17,691 bases of DNA from Candidatus Aenigmatarchaeota archaeon (lineage in GTDB: Archaea; Aenigmatarchaeota; Aenigmatarchaeia; CG10238-14; SCSR01), in contig JAWBTW010000015.1 of assembly GCA_039000165.1 (NCBI GenBank), forward strand, positions 1 to 17,691, in the 5' to 3' direction. Under the pieces are notes generated by a model. That model was not told where the DNA came from. It did no database searches and worked only from the letters and a program-made list of their open reading frames with translations. Made by a program: the position numbers and the translations under genes. Positions 8,141 to 15,262 of this stretch are shown here, one piece after another. Position 1 is the stretch's first letter. Each line of letters begins with the position of its first letter.

Positions 8141-8851
8141 TTATCTTATTGGTTTGTACTTGCGAAAACCAAGAGCCTTACCCCTTAAGAAATAATTTAA
8201 ATAAGAGGAAATGTAAATCCTTGCCGCTTTAGTTCTTCCCCACTTTTCTAATCTTCTTGGCGAAGTTAAAACTAAAGCGTCATCAATAAAAACTATTTTA
8301 CCATGTTTTCCAATTCTTAAAGATAGGTCCAAATCTTCTTCAGGAATAATATCCTCTTTGAATCCACCAACTTTCTCAAAAACTTCTTTTCTATAGCCAA
8401 AAACTATACTGATTTGTGGTTTTCCTAGTTTAATCGATGACTTAGAAAATTGGTTAAAGAACCAGTAAATTAAAAAGTCCTTCATTTTAGCGTTTAGTGG
8501 CGCAACAGGACAAGTAGCACCTACAACTTTCTTACTTCTAAAAGCTTTTGCAAAAACCGTTAAGGTATTTGGTAAAAGAACACAATCTGCATCTACAAAA
8601 AAAAGTATTTCACCCCTAGCGTGTTTTGCACCTTCATTCAAACCTGCTGGTCTTCCTTTTCTGTTAACTATAATAACTTTATCTGTGTATTTCCTAGCTA
8701 TTTCTACAGTTTTGTCCTTACTTTTTCCGTCTGCTACTATTATTTCATACTTCCCTTTATAGTCCTGATTTTTTATCGACTTTAAACAATTTTCTATCAA
8801 TTTCTCTTCGTTTAAAGTAGGAACTATTACTGAAATGAAAGGTAGTTTCAT
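8141..8851 (-). CDS. Glycosyltransferase family 2 (GT-A fold)
   Basis: ISVIVPTLNEE, IIVADGKSKDKT, DxD motif FFVDAD, FEKVGGF, EDLDLSLR, TSPRR. Confidence 0.93.
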   Translation of the reverse strand: MKLPFISVIVPTLNEEKLIENCLKSIKNQDYKGKYEIIVADGKSKDKTVEIARKYTDKVIIVNRKGRPAGLNEGAKHARGEILFFVDADCVLLPNTLTVFAKAFRSKKVVGATCPVAPLNAKMKDFLIYWFFNQFSKSSIKLGKPQISIVFGYRKEVFEKVGGFKEDIIPEEDLDLSLRIGKHGKIVFIDDALVLTSPRRLEKWGRTKAARIYISSYLNYFLRGKALGFRKYKPIR

Positions 8852-8924
8852 GCTCTTAAATTTTCAATTAAACATTAAAAATTTTTCTTCTCGTTATTTA
8901 AATGAAATCACTTAAGGGTAGTGC

Positions 8925-10040
8925 TTAATCTCTAAGCATAAATTCTTCTATTTTATCCTTCGCTTCTTCTCTTCTTTTTTGGTGCTCTTTTAAAAACTTG
9001 TTTATTACTTCTATAGTAATCTCTTTTAGTTCGCCTGTAAGCATTTTTCCAGATTTATAATCTTCGTAAATTTGCTTAAGTCTTTTTGAATCTTCAAGGT
9101 AAAAAGTCAAGTATTGGTAAGAAACGTCTATTTCTGGAATTCCACCTTTTTTCCTATGCTCTTCTACAGTTGCTCTTCCTCCTGAGAAAGCGTACTTAAT
9201 AATTTTTGTTCTAACTTTTTCTGGTGTGTCAGTAGTAAAAATTGCTGTGTTTTCTACCGAGGTTGACATTTTCCCTCCTTCTGTCAGGCTTGGTAAGAAT
9301 TTACAAAGTATTGTTGAAGGTTTTGGAAACCCAAGTTTTGGTGCTATGTCACGAGTAAGTCTAAAGTGAACATCTTGGTCAACAGCACAAGGAATTAAAC
9401 AAGGAGTTGGCTTATTTTCCCATATAGTTGGCAAAAAAGCAGGAACAGATTGCATGCAAGTATAAAAAATTTCCCCCAAATTATTTGACTCTTTAAAGCC
9501 AAACAAAGCTTTAACAGTAGAAAAAGTTACTTTTTTTGCTACTAAGCACGCATACTTGTATAAATGTCCTGCATATTCTGTATCTAAAAATATTTTTGTC
9601 TTCTTAGGGTCGAAACCTATTGCTATTATATCTAGAATATTATCATAAGCCCATTTTTTTGTTTCTTCTAAGGTTAGATTATCTTTGAAGAAAAATTTTT
9701 CCTCGTCAGGAATTTGGAAGATAAGAGTTGCATCAAACTTGTCTTGTAACCATTTTGCAAAAATCCAAGGAATTAAATGACCAAGATGAACAGGACCAGA
9801 AGGTGCCCTTCCTGTGTAAAGGTAGAATTTATTCCCCTTTTCGTATTCTTTGAGAATCAAATCAAAGTATTTATGAGCAAAGAAAATCTTTCTTTCAAGA
9901 AAGTAGTGAAGCTCATGAGTATGCTGTTTAATTTGGGCCAATATTTTTTCGTCTAAAAGCTCGACACCAAAATTTTTCACAAGTTTTTGGTAATCTATTT
10001 TTCCTTTAACTTCCCATGGAGTTACTACAAAACCCTTCAT
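8925..10040 (-). CDS. trpS: Tryptophan--tRNA ligase (archaeal/eukaryotic type)
   Basis: VTPWEV, YTGRAPSGPVHLGH (HIGH), PCAVDQDVHFR, KMSTS (KMSKS), YAFSGGR, GKMLTGELK. Confidence 0.97.
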   Translation of the reverse strand: MKGFVVTPWEVKGKIDYQKLVKNFGVELLDEKILAQIKQHTHELHYFLERKIFFAHKYFDLILKEYEKGNKFYLYTGRAPSGPVHLGHLIPWIFAKWLQDKFDATLIFQIPDEEKFFFKDNLTLEETKKWAYDNILDIIAIGFDPKKTKIFLDTEYAGHLYKYACLVAKKVTFSTVKALFGFKESNNLGEIFYTCMQSVPAFLPTIWENKPTPCLIPCAVDQDVHFRLTRDIAPKLGFPKPSTILCKFLPSLTEGGKMSTSVENTAIFTTDTPEKVRTKIIKYAFSGGRATVEEHRKKGGIPEIDVSYQYLTFYLEDSKRLKQIYEDYKSGKMLTGELKEITIEVINKFLKEHQKRREEAKDKIEEFMLRD

Positions 10041-10101
10041 AATAATAAATTTGAAAGCTTTTTAAGAATAAATATACATTTATTTTCAATTAAGTGAGAT
10101 T
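10041..10101. promoter_or_regulatory. Divergent promoter region trpS / rps6e
   Basis: 61-bp AT-rich spacer between divergent starts. GAAAGC-TTTTTAAG (TATA-like, 10059-10066) on the + strand and TATATTTA-like sequence on the - strand. Positional inference only. Confidence 0.55.
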
Positions 10102-10524
10102 ATGGCAACGTTTAAGTTTGTTGTTGCTGATCCGGAAACAAGAAAAACTTATCAAGTAGAAGTGGAAAAAAGCAAGGCCATAGGTTTAATAGGAAAGAAA
10201 ATTGGTGATGAATTTAACGGCGAAATTTTAGGTTTAATAGGTTACACTTTAAAAATCACAGGTGGAACAGATAAAGATGGTTTCCCCATGCATCCTAATG
10301 TTCAAGGTATGGGGAGAAAAAAGGTTTTACTCTCTTCACCACCTTGTTTTCATCCAAAGAAAAAAGGCGAAAGAAGGAGAAAAACTGTAAGAGGCAATAC
10401 TATAAGCGAAGATATAGTTCAAATAAATTGTAAGATAGTTAAGAAAGGGGAAAAGCCTTTAGAAGAGCTTATTCCTGTTAAACAAAAGGAAAAGAAGGAA
10501 GGGGGTGGAGAAAGTAAAGGATGA
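10102..10524 (+). CDS. rps6e: 30S ribosomal protein S6e
   Basis: FKFVVADP, LIGKKIGD, LKITGGTDKDGFPM, GERRRKTVRGNTISEDIVQIN. Confidence 0.97.
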   Translation: MATFKFVVADPETRKTYQVEVEKSKAIGLIGKKIGDEFNGEILGLIGYTLKITGGTDKDGFPMHPNVQGMGRKKVLLSSPPCFHPKKKGERRRKTVRGNTISEDIVQINCKIVKKGEKPLEELIPVKQKEKKEGGGESKG

Positions 10525-11728
10525 AAAGCTAATACCAGAGGTTAACATTGGTTTGGTTGGGCATGTAGCTCATGGCAAAACAACTTTAACAGAAGCTTTA
10601 ACTGGAAAGTTAACCTTAACTCATTCTGAAGAATTGAAAAGAGGAATAACAATTCGCTTAGGTTATGCTGATGCAACTTTTTATAGATGTACAAAATGCC
10701 TAAGGTATTGTACAAGCGAAAAATGTCCTTACTGCTTTTCTGATTGCGAGATTTTAAGAACTGTTAGTTTTATAGATGCTCCAGGTCATGAGACTTTAAT
10801 GGCTACAGTTTTAACTGCCACTTCTCTTATGGACGGAGCCTTACTTGTTATAGCAGCTAACGAGAAATGCCCCCAGCCGCAAACAAGAGAGCATTTGGCT
10901 GCTTTGGAAGTTGCAGGAATTAAGAATGTTGTGATAGTTCAGAATAAAATAGATTTAGTTTCAAAAGAAAGGGCCTTAGAAAGCTATCAAGAAATTAAAA
11001 ATTTTATTAGAGGTACAATTCTAGAAGATGCACCGATAATTCCTGCTTCTGCCCAGCAAAGAGCAAACATAGATTTGATAATTCAAGCTATAGAGGAAAG
11101 AATACCCACACCTAAGAGAGAAGAAGGGAAAAATTTAAAAATGCTCGTCGCAAGAAGTTTTGATGTCAATAAACCTGGAACCGAAGCAGAAAAATTGGTT
11201 GGAGGAGTTTTAGGTGGCTCGATAATTCAAGGCAAATTGAAGGTAGGAGAGGAAATAGAAATTAAACCAGGAATAAAAGTTGGAGGGAAATACAAGAGTT
11301 TAATTACAAAAGTTGAAGGTTTACAAAAAGCAAAAAGAAATCTTGAAGAGGCAGGACCAGGAGGTTTGGTAGGAGTATTAACGACTCTTGATCCTACCTT
11401 AACAAAATCCGATTCGCTTGTTGGGAATGTTGTTGGTTTGCCAGGAAAGCTTGAGGAATCAAGAGAAACTCTAGAAATTCAAGTAAAGCTTTTTGAAAGG
11501 TTAGTTGGGGCAAAAGAACTTAAAGAAATAGCTCCGATAAAACTTAAAGAAGACCTTTTGATTAACGTAGGAACTGCAAGAACCCTGGGAACAGTAACTC
11601 AAGTAAAAAAAGATACCATAGAACTTCAGCTTAAAATTCCTGTTTATGCAGAAAAAAATGAGAGAGTAGTAATTTCAAGGCAGTTTTCTGGAAGGTGGAG
11701 ATTGATAGGTTACGGAAATGTGATTTAA
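10505..11728 (+). CDS. eif2g: Translation initiation factor 2 subunit gamma (aIF2-gamma)
   Basis: PEVNIGLVGHVAHGKTT, HSEELKRGITIRLGYAD, Zn-knuckle CxxC...CPxC, DAPGHE, PQPQTREH, QNKID, RSFDVNKPG, RWRLIGYG. GTG start overlaps rps6e by 20 nt. Confidence 0.96.
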   Translation: MEKVKDEKLIPEVNIGLVGHVAHGKTTLTEALTGKLTLTHSEELKRGITIRLGYADATFYRCTKCLRYCTSEKCPYCFSDCEILRTVSFIDAPGHETLMATVLTATSLMDGALLVIAANEKCPQPQTREHLAALEVAGIKNVVIVQNKIDLVSKERALESYQEIKNFIRGTILEDAPIIPASAQQRANIDLIIQAIEERIPTPKREEGKNLKMLVARSFDVNKPGTEAEKLVGGVLGGSIIQGKLKVGEEIEIKPGIKVGGKYKSLITKVEGLQKAKRNLEEAGPGGLVGVLTTLDPTLTKSDSLVGNVVGLPGKLEESRETLEIQVKLFERLVGAKELKEIAPIKLKEDLLINVGTARTLGTVTQVKKDTIELQLKIPVYAEKNERVVISRQFSGRWRLIGYGNVI

Positions 11729-12162
11729 CCAACACAAGGAACTTGTATACCTGTTAAGGGATACCCTCCCATTTTTGGTAAAAAGTCATAAACACAATAC
11801 CTTGATCCTGTACCGCCACAATCATCTTCGAATGTGTAGATTTCAAGAGGTTTTATCCTTATAGTTAGCTTATCCACTTTTACTGGAGGATTTTGTGAAT
11901 AATCGGTAATTTTTTCGCCCGACGGAAGAGTTTGTTTAATTTCTACCTCTTGTTCTACACTACCAAAGTTTCTTATGTAAATTACTACTTTGTCTTCACC
12001 TCCTGTTCCTTGTCCATCCAAGCATTCGGGTTGTCCGATTATTTCTATTCCTTGACTTGCTCTTCCCCACCATCCAAATATAAAACCTGCCGCCATAGCT
12101 ACTAAGGCTAAAGTTATCATTAACAAAAGAATTGTTGCAAGTACGGTGGATATTCCTTTCAT
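11725..12162 (-). CDS. Archaeal type IV pilin-like protein (class III signal peptide)
   Basis: MKG|ISTVLATILLLMITLALVAMAAGFIFGWW is a PibD/FlaK-type cleavage site followed by a hydrophobic helix. The IYIRNFG strand and a 4-Cys small globular domain follow. Confidence 0.85.
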   Translation of the reverse strand: MKGISTVLATILLLMITLALVAMAAGFIFGWWGRASQGIEIIGQPECLDGQGTGGEDKVVIYIRNFGSVEQEVEIKQTLPSGEKITDYSQNPPVKVDKLTIRIKPLEIYTFEDDCGGTGSRYCVYDFLPKMGGYPLTGIQVPCVG

Positions 12163-12218
12163 ACTCTCTTAATCATTTTTTGGAAATCTTTATTTAAATG
12201 CTTTACTTTTAAAAAAAT
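12163..12218. promoter_or_regulatory. Divergent promoter region pilin / PIN gene with a central TATA-like element
   Basis: TTTATTTAAA at 12189-12198 (TTTAAATAAA on the - strand) is flanked by GGAAA on + and GTAAAG on -. It lies 20 nt from the PIN start and 26 nt from the pilin start. Confidence 0.5.
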
Positions 12219-12593
12219 GTGAAGAAAATAGTTTTTGATACGAATTTTTTGTTAGACTGCTTTAGGCTTAAAATAGATTTTTTAAGTGAAATAGAAGAGA
12301 AAATAGAGAAGCCCTACGAGCTCCTTATTCTTACTCCAAATTTGAAAGAAATTGAGAAGATTGCAAGAACAAGAAAAAAGGAAGCAAAATACGCAAAGGT
12401 TGCCCTAGAATTTATCAAAAATAATTGTAAGCTAATAACTACAGAAGAGAAAGATGCAGATAAAGCAATTTTAAAGTTTTCTGATGAAAATACTTTTGTT
12501 GCTACTAACGACAGAAAACTGAGAAAAAGTTTAAAAGCGTTAAAGGTAAAAAATATTTATTTGAAATCCATTAAAAAACTGGAGGTAAGCTAG
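12219..12593 (+). CDS. PIN-domain ribonuclease, Fcf1/Utp24-like (COG1412 type)
   Basis: IVFDTNFL, KEIEK, DADKAIL and VATNDRKLR supply the acidic PIN tetrad; typical position near aIF2-gamma; GTG start. Confidence 0.9.
   Translation: MKKIVFDTNFLLDCFRLKIDFLSEIEEKIEKPYELLILTPNLKEIEKIARTRKKEAKYAKVALEFIKNNCKLITTEEKDADKAILKFSDENTFVATNDRKLRKSLKALKVKNIYLKSIKKLEVS
12581..12586 (+). promoter_or_regulatory. Shine-Dalgarno sequence for hppA inside the 3' end of the PIN gene
   Basis: GGAGGT ends 10 nt before the ATG at 12597; the two genes are 3 nt apart. Confidence 0.6.
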
Positions 12594-12596
12594 AGA

Positions 12597-14633
12597 ATGG
12601 AGCTAATAATTTCAGGAATAGCAGGTTTGCTTTCAATTCTCTTAGCAATCTTCCTTTATTTCTACATTAAAAAGCAAGATGAGGGAAACCCAAGAATGAG
12701 AGAAATAGCTTCAGCTATAAGAGAAGGAGCTAACGCTTACTTGAAAAGGCAAAACATGACGCTTGCTGCTTTTGTAGTTGTAATGGCTTTTATCCTAGGG
12801 GTTCTTTTAGGCTTGCACGTAAGTTTAGCTTATCTTTTTGGTTCTTTTTGTACAACTTTAGCAAGCTACTTTGGAATGAGTGCAGCAGTTAAAACTAACG
12901 TGAGAGTTGCTAATGCCGCAAGAAAAGGTTTGAAAAAAGCTTTTCCCATTGCTTTCTATGGCGGAGCAATAATGGGTTTCTGTATAGTTGGTATGGCTTT
13001 GCTTGGCATAACAGCTGTCTACTATTCCTTTAACAAGTTTTATTCTCATGAAACTGCTTTAGAAGCGGTTCTTGGTTTCAGCTTTGGAGCAAGTGCTCTA
13101 GCACTTTTTGCAAAGGCAGGAGGAGGAATTTACACAAAAACTGCAGACATAAGCGCTGATTTAGTGGGAAAAGTTGAATTAGGAATTCCAGAAGATGACC
13201 CAAGAAATCCAGCAGTTATTGCTGATAATGTTGGTGATAATGTTGGAGATGTGGCAGGAATGGGGGCAGATTTAATAGACTCCTATATAGCAAGTATTGT
13301 TGCTGCTATGGTAATAGGTGCAACTATAAGCCTAAAATTTGCTCTTCTACCTTTGCTAATAGCTGCGGTAGGAATTTTTGCCTCTCTTATAGGAATTCTT
13401 TTTGTAAGAGTGGGAGAAAAAGAAAGTCCTGGAAAAGGTTTGAACAGAGGAACACTTTCAACTTGTATAATGTTTGCAATTTTAACTTTTGCTATTCTCT
13501 ACTTTCTTAACCTTGGAGAAAAAGCTTACGGAATTTTCTTTCCAACTTTAGCAGGCTTGCTAGCAGGAGCGATAATGGGAATAACAACTGACTATTACAC
13601 TTCAATAGACAGAAACCCTGTAAAGAAAACTGCAGAATCAGCAAAAACAGGAGCTGCTACCACAATCCTTTCAGGCTTTTCTTACGGGATAATAAGCATA
13701 GTTCCTTCCATAGTTGGAATTGCTGTAGCAACAATAGCAGCTTGGTACCTTTCCTCTTACTACGGAGTTAACAGCTTTTACGGAATTTCTGTTGCAGCAG
13801 TAGGAATGCTTTCCATAGTAGGAATGATAATTTCTGCAGACGCTTATGGCCCAATAGTTGACAATTCTCGCGGTATAGTTGAGCAATCAAAGCTTGGAGA
13901 AAAAGTTTTGAAAATTACTGATAAATTAGATGCTGCAGGTAACACAGCAAAAGCGATAACAAAAGGTTTTGCCATAGGAGCTGCAGCCTTAACAGTCTTA
14001 GCTTTATTTGGAACTTATGCTGAGGTTGTGGGAATAGAAAAAGATGCTAATGGCATGTATGTAATAAACATAGTTAACCCAAAAGTCATAGCAGGCTTAT
14101 TTATAGGAGCGATGATGCCTCCTTTGCTTTCTGCTCTTCTGATTCTTGCAGTAGGAAAAAATGCTTTTAGGATGATAGAGGAAGTGAGAAGACAGTTTAA
14201 AGAAATTCCTGGTTTAATTAAAGGAAAGGCTAAGCCAGATTATGCTAGATGCGTTGACATAGCAACAAAAGGCGCGCTAAAAGAGCTCATGTTTCCTTGC
14301 TCGCTAGCAATAATAGTTCCTTTAATAGTTGGTTTTGTTCTTGGAAAAGAAGCTTTAGCAGGCTTTTTAGCAGGAAGCATAGTTACAGGAATAATATTTG
14401 CTCTTTTCATGGCAAACTCAGGAGGGGCTTGGGATAATGCTAAGAAATTTATAGAAGAAGGAAACTTTGGAGGAAAAGGTTCAGAAGCTCATAAGGCTGC
14501 AGTTGTTGGTGATACCGTAGGAGATCCTTTCAAGGATACTGCTGGTCCTTCGCTAAACACTATGATAACTGTAATGTCACTAGTTTCTTCTGTCTTTGCT
14601 CCTCTTATAGTTTCTTATGCTTTGGTTTTCTGA
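12597..14633 (+). CDS. hppA: Membrane-integral cation-pumping pyrophosphatase with the K+-independent signature
   Basis: [60 protein letters not shown] (Lys determinant at 13950-13952), [20 protein letters not shown]; many TM helices; 678 aa. Confidence 0.96.
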   Translation: MELIISGIAGLLSILLAIFLYFYIKKQDEGNPRMREIASAIREGANAYLKRQNMTLAAFVVVMAFILGVLLGLHVSLAYLFGSFCTTLASYFGMSAAVKTNVRVANAARKGLKKAFPIAFYGGAIMGFCIVGMALLGITAVYYSFNKFYSHETALEAVLGFSFGASALALFAKAGGGIYTKTADISADLVGKVELGIPEDDPRNPAVIADNVGDNVGDVAGMGADLIDSYIASIVAAMVIGATISLKFALLPLLIAAVGIFASLIGILFVRVGEKESPGKGLNRGTLSTCIMFAILTFAILYFLNLGEKAYGIFFPTLAGLLAGAIMGITTDYYTSIDRNPVKKTAESAKTGAATTILSGFSYGIISIVPSIVGIAVATIAAWYLSSYYGVNSFYGISVAAVGMLSIVGMIISADAYGPIVDNSRGIVEQSKLGEKVLKITDKLDAAGNTAKAITKGFAIGAAALTVLALFGTYAEVVGIEKDANGMYVINIVNPKVIAGLFIGAMMPPLLSALLILAVGKNAFRMIEEVRRQFKEIPGLIKGKAKPDYARCVDIATKGALKELMFPCSLAIIVPLIVGFVLGKEALAGFLAGSIVTGIIFALFMANSGGAWDNAKKFIEEGNFGGKGSEAHKAAVVGDTVGDPFKDTAGPSLNTMITVMSLVSSVFAPLIVSYALVF

Positions 14634-15157
14634 AACTTTTTCTTGTAAAAGTTATTAGCGTAAATAACAATCTCTTTTGCTTCTTTTGAATTTTTCCATT
14701 CTTTAAACCTAGAGAATTTATGAGGCTCCAGCCTTTTATAAGTCTCAAAAAACTCCTGAATTTCCTTTAGCTTGTGAGGATGAACATCTTTTATATCTTT
14801 TATTCCATCAAACCTTGCATCGTTTAAAGGAACACAAAGAATTTTTGGGTCTTCACCTTTTTCATCTTCTATTATCAAAGCTCCTATAACTCTTGCTTTT
14901 ACTATGCAACCAACTTCTAAAGGCTCATAGCTTAAGACTAAAGCGTCTAAAGGATCTTCATCGTTAAACCAAGTTTGGGGAATAAAACCATACTCTACAG
15001 GAAAAACAACAGAAGAAGGAATTATTCTATCAAGAACAAGCTCATCCCACTCTATATTATATTCATACTTGTCTCTCGAACCGCTTATACACTCTATAAC
15101 GACATTAACTATTTCTGGCGGTTTTTCACCTAAGGGAATTTTATGTAAAATGCTCAT
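14615..15157 (-). CDS. ppa: Soluble family I inorganic pyrophosphatase
   Basis: VVIE, KYEY, LDR, YGFIPQT, DEDPLD, EDEKGEDPK, FFETYK: the catalytic residue set appears complete. Confidence 0.96.
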   Translation of the reverse strand: MSILHKIPLGEKPPEIVNVVIECISGSRDKYEYNIEWDELVLDRIIPSSVVFPVEYGFIPQTWFNDEDPLDALVLSYEPLEVGCIVKARVIGALIIEDEKGEDPKILCVPLNDARFDGIKDIKDVHPHKLKEIQEFFETYKRLEPHKFSRFKEWKNSKEAKEIVIYANNFYKKKFQKTKA

Positions 15158-15262
15158 AGCTAATTAATTTCTTCTGATACCTTTAAATTTTTTTTGTTTT
15201 TTTAAGTAAACATTAAATTTTTTATACTATTTGAGTAAGAATATAGTTTATTGAGTGGTTGA
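15158..15262. promoter_or_regulatory. Divergent promoter region ppa / P-type ATPase
   Basis: 105-bp AT-rich spacer. On the - strand an A-run plus TTTAAA (15182-15187) lies about 25-30 nt before the ppa ATG; on the + strand TTTATA is at 15221-15226. Confidence 0.5.

Noticed and set aside
8102..8143. GT2 gene and pheS are in the same frame, separated by one TAA and 12 sense codons (possible readthrough fusion)
   Set aside because: Easily arises by chance; TAA is a poor readthrough codon, the spacer looks like an AT-rich promoter, and both proteins are complete on their own.
4656..8195. ORFs 4656-4940 (-), 5444-5707, 6506-6916, 6876-7112 and 7959-8195 (+)
   Set aside because: Antisense to minD, pheT and pheS; the S/F/L-rich composition is what the reverse complement of K/E-rich genes gives.
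10067..10084. Inverted repeat AATAAAT-ATAC-ATTTATT between trpS and rps6e
   Set aside because: The 7-bp arms are all A/T in an AT-rich spacer, and I found no second copy; not distinguishable from chance.
12219..12593. PIN gene as a VapC toxin of a toxin-antitoxin pair
   Set aside because: No upstream antitoxin ORF; the sequence and position fit the housekeeping Fcf1/Utp24-like family.
12858..13886. Minus-strand ORFs 12858-13049 and 13671-13886
   Set aside because: Antisense shadows within hppA with no recognisable features.
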